From Candidatus Multivoradales bacterium (GTDB taxonomy: Bacteria; Acidobacteriota; Thermoanaerobaculia; Multivoradales; JAHEKO01), in contig CBDFIJ010000004.1 of assembly GCA_965248055.1 (NCBI GenBank), positions 512,001 to 576,000 on the forward strand: a DNA stretch of 64,000 nucleotides, written 5' to 3'. Shown here piece after piece: positions 9,216-18,400 of this stretch. The notes beneath the pieces are model-generated. The model was not told where the DNA came from. It ran no database searches and was given only the letters and a program-made list of their open reading frames with translations. Position 1 is the first letter of the stretch. Each line of letters begins with the position of its first letter. Position numbers and translations under genes: made by a program.

Positions 9216-10091
9216 CTAGAGAAACAGAACGTCGATCGCAGTGGTGACAAACAACCAGGTCGCAAGCAGTCCATTCGCCAGAAAAAAAGCTGCATTGAGA
9301 CGCGAAAGGTCACCAGGACGCACCACCCAATGTTGATACGCCAGCAGTGCTGCACAGCCGATGACGCCAACCCAATAGGCGATTCCCAAGCCAAGGGGAT
9401 AGAAACGCGGCAATACCGCTAGAACGCCGAGCATCGCAACATGCAACAAACTCGAGACCCACAATGACCCCACCTGACCGATCGCGGCCGGGATCGAATG
9501 CAAGCCGCTCTTGCGGTCGTGCTCCATGTCTTGCAAGGCGTAAAGAATGTCGAAGCCAGCGACCCACAACACCACCACAACCGCCAACAAGATGGGAGTT
9601 GTGGCTACCGAGCCCTGGACCGCGATCCAAGCGCCCAACGGTGCGCCACTCAAAGCCAGCCCCAGCACCAGATGGGATAACGCGGTGAAACGTTTGGTCA
9701 GGGAGTAGCCAAGGATGATCGGCAGCGCGACAAAAGCCAACTTAAAGGTCAAGGCGTTGAGCTGCCAGGCAGCCAGCAACAGCAACCCGACACTGGCTGT
9801 GACAAACAATCCGACAAAAGTTGTACTCACCGACCCAGCTGGCAGCGCGCGATCGGCGGTGCGCGGATTAACCGCATCAATACGCTGATCCACCAGCCGA
9901 TTGAAGGCCATCGCCGCACTTCTGGCACCCACCATCGCCACCACAATCCACCCCACCACGCGCCATGACGGCCAGCCCTCGGCCGCTAACACCATGCCCA
10001 GGAACGCAAAAGGAAGCGCGAACACCGTGTGTTCGAACTTGATCATATTGAGCACGGTCCGAATCTGACTTGCTCTGGAACTCGTTGACAT
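9216..10091 (-). CDS. ubiA: UbiA-family polyprenyltransferase (MqnP-like)
   Basis: IKFEHTVFALPFA, ARSAAMAFNRLVD..ID..NPRT..R.LP, YSLTKRFT and GFDILYALQD..HD motifs; multi-TM. Confidence 0.88.
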   Translation of the reverse strand: MSTSSRASQIRTVLNMIKFEHTVFALPFAFLGMVLAAEGWPSWRVVGWIVVAMVGARSAAMAFNRLVDQRIDAVNPRTADRALPAGSVSTTFVGLFVTASVGLLLLAAWQLNALTFKLAFVALPIILGYSLTKRFTALSHLVLGLALSGAPLGAWIAVQGSVATTPILLAVVVVLWVAGFDILYALQDMEHDRKSGLHSIPAAIGQVGSLWVSSLLHVAMLGVLAVLPRFYPLGLGIAYWVGVIGCAALLAYQHWVVRPGDLSRLNAAFFLANGLLATWLFVTTAIDVLFL

Positions 10092-10203
10092 ATACTAAAT
10101 TGCTTATTTTAAATACGTTACAGTTCTGTTGTCAGACGGTCTCTTTCGCACCTGTACGCTTTGACTCGCTGCCACAAGGTAACTCTGAGGTCACTTTTTC
10201 TTC

Positions 10204-10560
10204 TTGGAACTACCGGAACATCGTAAAGCAAGGATCGAACTCGTGGGTAAGTCATCAGCATCAGGGCAACACAATCGTATCGGAGCGCGAACCGGTCGGA
10301 AGCTCACCGTGCGGATGATCGGCAAAGCACAGCATACCGGCACATCCTACGGCGATGCTCCCGGTGGCGCCAAGCAAGAAATTCTCTGGGATACCGAGGT
10401 AGCAGGGCTTGGGCTAAGGATCTACCCATCTGGGCGTCGATCGTGGTCCACTCGGCGCATGGCCGACTGCGGTGATCTTTTTGGGGGTACACCTGGCGAC
10501 CGTCTCATTATCGGAACAAGGTCCAAATGGGACTCCTTAAGAGAGCGTGGAGACTTCTAG
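10204..10560 (+). pseudogene. Relic of a tyrosine-integrase N-terminal Arm DNA-binding domain
   Basis: RKLTVRMI...EILWDTEVAGLGLRIYPSGRRSW (about 10297-10446) matches the Arm-binding pattern; no catalytic domain follows. Confidence 0.6.
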
Positions 10561-10604
10561 GGCAAACCTGGCTGCCACCTCTCCACTCTCGCTGCACTAG
10601 TTTC

Positions 10605-10632
10605 TTGACTTCCGAGCCCAAAGGCGTACCCT
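10605..10632 (+). promoter_or_regulatory. Putative sigma70 promoter of the TA module (leaderless)
   Basis: TTGACT-N16-TACCCT ends 7 nt before ATG 10640; no SD. Confidence 0.4.
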
Positions 10633-10639
10633 TTTTAAC

Positions 10640-10870
10640 ATGACGACTAAAGCCGATGTCCAACGAGAAGCGCTCAAGTTACCAACTCAGGAGCGAGTTG
10701 AACTCGCCGTCGAGATTTGGGAGAGCGTCGGCACCGAATCGGTCCCTGTACCGGACTGGCACCGCGAGGTCATCCGTGAACGTCTTGCAGCTCTCGACGA
10801 GCTTCCGGCAGACAAACGTTCCGCAACTTGGGAAGAAGCCCATGAGCGGGTATTTTCAAACGGAGCATGA
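10640..10870 (+). CDS. Putative addiction-module antitoxin (TIGR02574-like)
   Basis: 76 aa; ALKLPTQERVELAVEIWESV..VPDWHREVIRERL..TWEE pattern; ATGA overlap with the toxin. Confidence 0.8.
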   Translation: MTTKADVQREALKLPTQERVELAVEIWESVGTESVPVPDWHREVIRERLAALDELPADKRSATWEEAHERVFSNGA

Positions 10871-11164
10871 AGCTTTCGGTTCGACTAACAGCCGCAGCAG
10901 AGCAAGACCTACTCCTCGCCCACCTCTGGTATGCGGAGGAAGCTCCGCACATGATCGAAGCTCTCGTTGAGGAGCTACGACAAAGCTATCAACGTATCTC
11001 GGATACTCCAAAGTTCTACCAAGAAGCTAGAGCCTACTGTGCGAGCTGCTCCGCTTCGGCGATTTCCTTTCTCTATCTACTACCGCATCCTGACCACAGC
11101 GATCGAAGCCATCGCCGTGCTGCACCAAGCGAGAGATCCTCGCACTTGGAGAGGGCGAATATAA
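10867..11164 (+). pseudogene. ParE/RelE-family toxin, frameshifted near 11020
   Basis: N-half VRLTAAAEQDL...WY in the frame of 10867; C-half VRAAPLRRFPFSIYYRI...IAVLHQARDPRTW in the +1 frame ending at 11164. Confidence 0.8.
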
Positions 11165-11470
11165 GTTCGCCGTCATAACAGTTCAGAGCTTTGGGGCTCC
11201 ATCGTCGACGTGGGCTTCGGTCACGGCCTTTGGTGATTGAGCAATCGCGAATTCATTCACTACAAGTCCCAACGCAGTAAGTTCCATGGCGTGCCTTTCG
11301 CTGTCTAACTTTCGATCCTGCTCCGGTCGCTTTCAAGGCGGGTTTTGGATGGATTGCCCTGACGACCTCACCGCGCTAAGTCAAAGGCGTTCGGAACGCA
11401 AAGTCAATAATCCGTAGACGATTAGGCCAACCTTACTTGCAAGGTACGTAATTTGTTGTCGAAGAGCAAT

Positions 11471-14104
11471 TCAGTGGGCTTGGTGTTCGCCACCAGTCGC
11501 ACCGGAGCCGAACGTGAACTCGGATCGAGTTGCCAATTGATAGTTCTCAGCCCCCTCGCTAACCACGATGAAACGATTGGTCGGAACATTGAGTAAAGTC
11601 TGTCGAGGTTGCCCGTTTGGCCAATCGATTTCTATTTTTTTGATCTGAGCATCTTGGCCAAGCCCAATGTGCTGCATCAGCGGCGAAGCGCCAAACGAGC
11701 CACCGCTAGTAACCCAACGCACAACCTGCTTCTCTTCGCCACCGTTTTCGATAATCACTCGAAGACGGGCCCCAATTGCAGCGCGGTTGCTGGTTCGGCC
11801 AACAAGTTTGATCGCAACCCAGTCGTTGCCGTGACCGGGATTCTCAAACAACGCACTTGGATACTTGTCACCGGGAAAAGCACCTCCCATATTCGAAAAG
11901 ATGTCCTGATCCCCATCGTTGTCCAAATCCGCAAACGAAATTCCGTGACCTTTTTGCAAATGGCCGGTACCAGTGGAGGTCGTGACATCAACGAAGCTTT
12001 GTCCACCTTGATTCAAGAACATGCGATTGGGAACCAACATTCCATAGGATGGTGCTCCGGTTCCCAAATAGAAATCTAAAAATCCATCGTTATTGAGATC
12101 ACCATAATTGGCCCCCATCGCCGGAATGAAGCGGCTCATCCCGAGGCTATCGGTCATGTCTTCAAAAGATCCGTTCCCACGGTTGTGATAGATCCGCAAC
12201 GTCTCCCCTTGGGGGGACTGCCCCAGATATTCACGTACCACCTCGTCCATTGTTTGTAAGAACGTAACCACTGCCAGATCCTGCCAACCGTCATTGTCGT
12301 AGTCCCAAAACCAGGTGGCAAAACTGTAAGTGGGTTCATCAACTCCCCACTGAGTTCCAACCTCTTCAAAACGCCCTTCGCCGCGATTGACAAACAAGAG
12401 ATTGCGATCACCAAAATTGGAAACATAAAGATCGGGGCGGCCGTCGCTATTGACGTCACCCCAAGTCGCGCCTTTGGTGAGTGTTCGAAAATACATTCCA
12501 GCCGGTATCGTCGTATCTTCGAACGTACCATCACCTCGATTGCGAAATAACTGGCTAAAGGACATCTCATGACCTAGGAAAACGTCCAACCAACCGTCCC
12601 CGTCGTAGTCAGCCCATGCCGCAGTGTGGGTGCGATGGGCCGGGCCGCCCAATCCCACTTCGGCGGTTACGTCTTCAAATACCACTCCCTCTGAGGTTAA
12701 ACGGTTGCGCAATAAGGAGTTGCGAATCGCAGTCTCCCAACCCCCTCGCATGACAAAGAGGTCGAGACGACCGTCATTGTTGTAATCAACCTGGGTGACG
12801 TTAAGCCCGCCGAACTGGTTGCCTAGTCCGGCAGCTTCGCCAGCATCGGCAAAGCTACCGTCGCCACGATTACGGTAGAAACGCAACGGTTCACAAGGGT
12901 CACGACTGGTTACCACGATGTCGATCAAACCGTCGTTGTCAAAGTCGTCGGTAACACTCCCACCTGCGTTGTCCGAGTAGGCCAGCCCAGCCTCTCCAGC
13001 CACATCCCAGAAACGGCCTACATCGACAGACGAGGCGAAGGACTCCGGCCGAATGAGCACGTTCGTCGGCACCTCTTCTGGATAGCGTCCAAGGATCATA
13101 GCCGCTATGTTGAGCAACCAGCGAACTTCTAGACTCTGCGGATTCCTCTTCAAGTAACTACTGAAGTGCTGAAAGGCTCTTTGAGCACCCAGATCAAGAT
13201 CATGCTGGGCTGCCTCACTGAGTGGAAATAGACACATTTCGCGATGATGATGGTCAAGGCAGTTGTCTACTTCTCCACGCCTCAGTTGAAGAATGCCCAA
13301 GAATTGATCCAGCACATCGTGGTAGCGATGTTGGCCACTCGACGCAGGCGCGGGCAACTTCCCCGCCAATAGCTCAAGCTCTTGGATCGCCTCTTCCAAC
13401 TCACCCCTCAGGGAAAGCACCCCGGTGAACGCCGCATAGGCACGAACCATCTCTTGAGGGGATGCTTCCAAAGGCAACGACCTGACTTTTGCTCTAGCGG
13501 TACTCAGCTGAGTATCGATCAGCCGCTGCTTGGACTGGCAAATAGCTTCCAGGTCTTCAGTATCGACATCAATTTCCTGGCTTAACAACCTCGCATCCGT
13601 CGGCCCCACTGAAAGCAGCGCCCAAATATCTTCTGAAGCCTCGGAATATTGGATCTGTCCAAGCAGCGCGGGCGGTCCGCTGGGTAATACCCGAGCAACC
13701 ACATGCTTGCCATCAGCACCAGAGAGCAGTTGCGGAATACCGTGTGGAGCGTTCTCCAAAAGGTCTCTCAGACCCGGACTGAGCTGAGTCCAAGGGATGC
13801 GTCCCACATAGCTGGTCTCGGGAATCAATAGTTGATCAATAAAGAAGCCAGTCCGCATCGCTCGGTCGACAACACGGGCCTGGTTTTCAGACTCCACGAG
13901 CACCAACTCCACCGTCAACTCTGGGCTCCGCTCTGGCGTCACGGTCGGCTGTGCACTCAGAGGTGGAAAGAGAACCAACAAAAGGACCAGCCACAGCCAG
14001 TTCGTCAACGGTCGAGATAGATCGCCTCGGTCCGCCCCATAATTTCTGAAGATCATTCGAACAAAGGCAGGATGCAAGTGTGTGCGCACAATCGAGGTCG
14101 TCAA
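11471..14104 (-). CDS. CRTAC1-like FG-GAP repeat / ASPIC-UnbV protein
   Basis: Multiple DxDxDGxxD repeats, GTGHLQKGHG and SNRAAIGAR...SGGSFG..HIGLG C-terminal domain; start uncertain. Confidence 0.88.
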   Translation of the reverse strand: MTTSIVRTHLHPAFVRMIFRNYGADRGDLSRPLTNWLWLVLLLVLFPPLSAQPTVTPERSPELTVELVLVESENQARVVDRAMRTGFFIDQLLIPETSYVGRIPWTQLSPGLRDLLENAPHGIPQLLSGADGKHVVARVLPSGPPALLGQIQYSEASEDIWALLSVGPTDARLLSQEIDVDTEDLEAICQSKQRLIDTQLSTARAKVRSLPLEASPQEMVRAYAAFTGVLSLRGELEEAIQELELLAGKLPAPASSGQHRYHDVLDQFLGILQLRRGEVDNCLDHHHREMCLFPLSEAAQHDLDLGAQRAFQHFSSYLKRNPQSLEVRWLLNIAAMILGRYPEEVPTNVLIRPESFASSVDVGRFWDVAGEAGLAYSDNAGGSVTDDFDNDGLIDIVVTSRDPCEPLRFYRNRGDGSFADAGEAAGLGNQFGGLNVTQVDYNNDGRLDLFVMRGGWETAIRNSLLRNRLTSEGVVFEDVTAEVGLGGPAHRTHTAAWADYDGDGWLDVFLGHEMSFSQLFRNRGDGTFEDTTIPAGMYFRTLTKGATWGDVNSDGRPDLYVSNFGDRNLLFVNRGEGRFEEVGTQWGVDEPTYSFATWFWDYDNDGWQDLAVVTFLQTMDEVVREYLGQSPQGETLRIYHNRGNGSFEDMTDSLGMSRFIPAMGANYGDLNNDGFLDFYLGTGAPSYGMLVPNRMFLNQGGQSFVDVTTSTGTGHLQKGHGISFADLDNDGDQDIFSNMGGAFPGDKYPSALFENPGHGNDWVAIKLVGRTSNRAAIGARLRVIIENGGEEKQVVRWVTSGGSFGASPLMQHIGLGQDAQIKKIEIDWPNGQPRQTLLNVPTNRFIVVSEGAENYQLATRSEFTFGSGATGGEHQAH

Positions 14105-14247
14105 TGAAACACAGCGTTTATGACTCGATATGTCATCGCAACTAACTTAATACCATACCCGATCATACTTGAGTACTTGACTCCAATGGGAGTAACCGCT
14201 GCTGCTACGCTGCGGCCAGCTTTGTGTCCCTCGGAGGTCGTTGACGT

Positions 14248-15320
14248 ATGCGCCGAACCATACTGTCCCTCCGCAGTCTGAGTTGTTTGTCGACTTTTGG
14301 CTCAATCGCTGTGGCAACGCCAGGTGCGATTTCTGCTCAGATTGACCTCGACCCAGAAGCCCCATCCAGTTATTTCGATGCCATGCCGGTGCATGGAAGT
14401 TCGGTTCGGACGCGGGCCTTGCTCGACCTAATCGACGCAACTTGCGTGGAAATCAGCGGTCCTTGTATTCCCGGGGGTCGAATTGCTGCAAACGCTATTC
14501 GGCGGCAGTTATCGCGACGAGCTCCCGGATTTCGTGGTTCAACTGGTGGGCGGCGAAGACGAGCCGCTCCGCGCTCGGCAACCGGTGTTGTTATTCAACC
14601 GTAAGAACACGCCTTACCTGTTGGGCGTTCAGCACCTCACAGTGCTGGTGTTCTCGGAACGAGAAGTGCCGATGCAGGCTCGTTTGACCACCAGTCAAGA
14701 ACAGCAGGTGAACCCTTTCTCTGGGATGCTGGGAGTGGTGGGATTCAGCGCTGCGGGAAACAACGCGCCGGTGGTCGAGACCGAGGAAAATGCAATCCCG
14801 CTGCGTTGGCGACGCCTAAGTGCTGAGAACGACCCCCAGCCGCTTTACCTTGGTTCGGCCCGTCTCGCTGTGCGTAGCGATAGTGTCGCGAGACTAACCC
14901 TGTTTCCTAACACCATCGACGATGTTCTGTTTCAGTCGATCACCGCTCACCTGAGCAACTCGCGGTCAACCTCCACCGCTTTCGCAGCGGCACTCGCGGC
15001 GACCTTCGATGTGGAAGGTACCGCGCTCGCTGAAAAAGCCTCAGACCCAGCTTTCAACGGCTACGTCTTGGCAAAGTTCTATCTTCCCGGCAGAAGGCCT
15101 CTGCTGGAGGTCAAGCCCGGACGCGATTCGCTCTATCGTCGCTCGATAGCTGTGGTTTTCGGCACCAACCTCACCAACGAGGCTTTCAACGAAATTGTCG
15201 CCGGGCTTTCTTTCAGTCACTTGATCGCGAAGGCAGTCGTGGTGATCGACCAACTGGGTCAGTACGGCAGACGGTGATCGCGAACCCAAGGTAGTGGCGG
15301 GCATTGATTTCACTTTCTAG
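14248..15320 (+). pseudogene. Putative exported/outer-membrane protein split by two frameshifts
   Basis: Signal-like ORF from 14248 switches to ORF 14483-15277, then to a third frame TNWVSTADGDREPKVVAGIDFTF* ending at 15320 with a terminal Phe. Confidence 0.55.
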
Positions 15321-15372
15321 GTGAGGTCGCCCAAGTCTGCTCCCCGCCGCTCTGTCTAGCCAAGACTCGTGG

Positions 15373-16677
15373 CTAGCTGAGCAAGTCAGGACGTTGGATG
15401 GTCTCTTCGCGCTGCGGACCGGTGGAGACAATGGCAATTGGGGTTGCCAGTGCGGTTTCCAGGTACTCCACGTAACGCCGCGCGTTCTCGGGCAGTCGAT
15501 GAAAATCGGTGACGCCGACGGTGTTGGTTTGCCATCCAGGGCAAACCTCAAGCACCGGGCGCGCTGCGGCGAGGTCCTCGATCGACGCCGGAAACGACTC
15601 CACCCGGACCCCGTTGATGTCATAGGCAACGCAGACCGGGATCTCAGCCAATTCGTCGAGCACGTCCATCTTGGTCAGGGCGATCGCGCCACATCCGTTG
15701 ATTTCCTGGGCGTAGCGCAGCGCTACCAAGTCAATCCAACCGCAACGCCGGGGACGACCGGTAGTGGTACCAACCTCATTGCCGCGCTCGCGCAGGTGTT
15801 CGCCGAACGCGTCCAACAGCTCACTCGGGAACGGTCCCTCGCCAACTCTGCTGGTGTAGGCCTTGGTCACTCCGAGAACGTTGGTGGTTTCCCGTGGCGG
15901 TACGCCGGTGCCGGCTGAGACACCGCCAGCGGTAGCGCTGGAGCTGGTAACAAACGGATAGGTGCCGAGTCCACAATCGAGCAGCGCTCCTTGGGCTCCT
16001 TCAAACAGAATGCGTTTGCGCTGGCGTACCAAGCCGTGCAGCATCGCGGTGGTATCCGCAACGTAGCCAGACAGCGTTTCGCGCCAGATCTCGGCGGTTT
16101 CCATCAACCCGGAGAACGACCCGGACTCTTCTCCCGTCTCGTGATTGGCCCTCTGCCACAGAGCCCGTAGCCGGTCTTCAATACCCTCGGACCACAACTC
16201 CCAGAAAGCGATTCCCGAACGAGACGCTCGGCTTTCATAGGCCGGGCCGATGCCCCGAGCGGTGGTACCAATTTGGTTCTTGCGGGCTGCTTCGCGAGCA
16301 ACGTCTAGATGTCGATGAAGATTCAGCACCACGGTCGCCCGATCGGAAATAAACAGCCGCCCGTGCGACTCGACTCCGCGCTCGCGCAGTCCTTCGACTT
16401 CACCCAGGAACGCCTCGGGGTCGACCACCACGCCACTGCCCAAGATGCAGGTTGTTTCGGAGTGCAGAATGCCGCTGGGAATCAAGTGCAAAACGAAGTG
16501 CTGGTCTTCAAATTTGACCGTGTGCCCGGCGTTGTTTCCACCCTGATAACGCACCACAGCGTCAAAACTGGGACACAGCAGATCAACAATCTTGCCCTTG
16601 CCTTCGTCTCCCCACTGCATACCCAAGACGGTTAGATTTTTCGAACGACGATATTTCATAATTTGGGGGGCCATCAC
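15373..16677 (-). CDS. purA: Adenylosuccinate synthetase
   Basis: GMQWGDEGKGK, QGGNNAGHT, IGTTARGIGPAY, EGAQG and GTTTGRPRRCGW motifs; alternative start at 16659. Confidence 0.97.
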   Translation of the reverse strand: MMAPQIMKYRRSKNLTVLGMQWGDEGKGKIVDLLCPSFDAVVRYQGGNNAGHTVKFEDQHFVLHLIPSGILHSETTCILGSGVVVDPEAFLGEVEGLRERGVESHGRLFISDRATVVLNLHRHLDVAREAARKNQIGTTARGIGPAYESRASRSGIAFWELWSEGIEDRLRALWQRANHETGEESGSFSGLMETAEIWRETLSGYVADTTAMLHGLVRQRKRILFEGAQGALLDCGLGTYPFVTSSSATAGGVSAGTGVPPRETTNVLGVTKAYTSRVGEGPFPSELLDAFGEHLRERGNEVGTTTGRPRRCGWIDLVALRYAQEINGCGAIALTKMDVLDELAEIPVCVAYDINGVRVESFPASIEDLAAARPVLEVCPGWQTNTVGVTDFHRLPENARRYVEYLETALATPIAIVSTGPQREETIQRPDLLS

Positions 16678-16864
16678 GGTTGCTGGCGACGGACACCCGA
16701 CGCTACCAGGGGCCGTGTGCCGCTACAAGAAGCGATTCGACGAGTATCGGCACCCGGATCAGCTCAACGATCGCAATGAGCAAGCTGTGCGACCCGGCTT
16801 GGAACCCGCTAAGCTACCCGGGCGTAGGAAGTTATCCGTTTCTAGGCGATCGGAGGTCGACTTG

Positions 16865-18400
16865 ATGAAAATCCCCTCTCTCATTCTCAAACAGCTCTAT
16901 ACCTTCGGCACCCTGGAAAACAAGAATGCCAACGTCGTTTTCCAGCTGAAAAACCGACTCAGCGACGCCCAGCTCACCGGAGTCGAAGGGATCAAAATCA
17001 ATGGGGAGTCTGTGGACGGTGATCGAATCACCCTGCGTCAGGGCGAGCAGCAGGTCTCTGTAGGGGCAATTTCCACAGAGCAACCCTTTGCTTTCCCGCT
17101 CGGAAGTTTGGCCGAAATCGAAATTAGCGATCTCACTCTGAAGGAAGGACGCCACAACCTCGCCTTTCACTTCCTTGCCGAACCATTTGGAAAACTGAAG
17201 TTTGAGGTCCGCGACGCAATTGCCGAGAGAGTTCATCGAGTCAGCGTGCCCTATGACCAGGATGATGACTACAGCCACCAGGCGATCAGTTCCCGTCAGG
17301 AGTTCATCAAGAAAACCTCGGGTGCGAACCTGGAGCACTTGGGGCAGTATTCGTTCGACCCTGGGGTGACTCAAGGCAACATCGAAAACTTCACCGGGGT
17401 GGCGCAGGTACCACTGGGTTTCGCTGGACCGTTGACGGTGCACGGCGAGCACGCTGACGGCGACTTCCTGGTGCCCTTGGCAACCACCGAGGGCACTCTG
17501 GTTGCTTCCTACAACCGGGGGATCAAGGCACTCAACCTGTCCGGAGGCTGCATCGCCACGGTGGTCGACGATTCGATGCAACGGGCTCCGGTCTTCGTTT
17601 TTGACTCGGCCCGCGAGGCGCGCGGGTTTCGCGATTGGGTTTACCAGAACATCGACCGCATCCGAACTGAGGCAGAAAACACTTCGAGCATCGCCAAGCT
17701 GGTTTCGATTGAGACCTTTTTGGCCGCTCGCTTTGCCTACCTGCGGTTTAACTTCACCACCGGAGACGCCGCCGGGCAGAACATGGTTGGCCGGGCCACC
17801 TTTGCCGCCTGTTCGTGGATCCTGGATAACCACGACGAGATTCGACGTTTCTACTTGGAGTCCAATCTGGCGACGGACAAGAAAGCCTCGCAGGTCAACG
17901 TGATGCGCACCCGGGGTAAGCGAGTGGTGGCGGAAGCAACCTTGGATCGCGAAGTGTTGGCCCAACACATGCGAGTCCGGCCGGAATCGTTGCAGTATCA
18001 CTCCCAAGTGGCCAACGTCGGTGCCTTCTTGTCGGGCGCTAACAACAACGGTTGTCATTCTCCCAACGCCATCACCGCCATGTTTATCGCCACCGGCCAG
18101 GATGTCGCCAACGTTTCCGAGTCGTCGGCAGCGATCTTTTACTCTGAACTCCTCGAGTCGGGTGATCTGTACGTCTCGCTGACCATTCCTTCTTTGATCG
18201 TCGCCACCTACGGCGGCGGCACCGGTCTGCCCACCCAGCGCGAGTGCCTGGAAGTAATGGACTGCTATGGCAAAGGCAAGGTCCGCAAATTCGCCGAAAT
18301 CGTCACCGCGGTCGCCTTGGCTGGCGAGATTTCACTGGCCTCGGCAATCTCCTCATTGGACTGGGTTTCCAGCCACGAACGTTATGGCCGCAACCGCTGA
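16865..18400 (+). CDS. hmgA: Class I HMG-CoA reductase with extra ~120-aa N-terminal beta-rich domain
   Basis: IENFTG, ATTEGTLVAS, GDAAGQNMV, NLATDKKAS, TGQDVAN, GGGTG, LAGEISL and C-terminal His (SSHERYGR); GGAGG upstream of ATG 16865. Confidence 0.88.
   Translation: MKIPSLILKQLYTFGTLENKNANVVFQLKNRLSDAQLTGVEGIKINGESVDGDRITLRQGEQQVSVGAISTEQPFAFPLGSLAEIEISDLTLKEGRHNLAFHFLAEPFGKLKFEVRDAIAERVHRVSVPYDQDDDYSHQAISSRQEFIKKTSGANLEHLGQYSFDPGVTQGNIENFTGVAQVPLGFAGPLTVHGEHADGDFLVPLATTEGTLVASYNRGIKALNLSGGCIATVVDDSMQRAPVFVFDSAREARGFRDWVYQNIDRIRTEAENTSSIAKLVSIETFLAARFAYLRFNFTTGDAAGQNMVGRATFAACSWILDNHDEIRRFYLESNLATDKKASQVNVMRTRGKRVVAEATLDREVLAQHMRVRPESLQYHSQVANVGAFLSGANNNGCHSPNAITAMFIATGQDVANVSESSAAIFYSELLESGDLYVSLTIPSLIVATYGGGTGLPTQRECLEVMDCYGKGKVRKFAEIVTAVALAGEISLASAISSLDWVSSHERYGRNR

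Noticed and set aside
11183-11287. 34-codon minus-strand ORF (MELTALGLVV...)
   Set aside because: It is too short and has no recognisable motif, so it cannot be supported.
16592-16864. N-terminal extensions in the ORF track (hmgA from 16592, kinase from 18244, DUF3014 from 43311, hsdS from 32634)
   Set aside because: They overlap neighbouring genes; downstream starts with an RBS or stop/start coupling fit better.
16832-18058. 408-aa antisense ORF over hmgA, and similar antisense ORFs over hsdR, purA, pgi and the TBDR
   Set aside because: These are expected from codon bias in GC-rich genes; they lack motifs and fully overlap confident genes.
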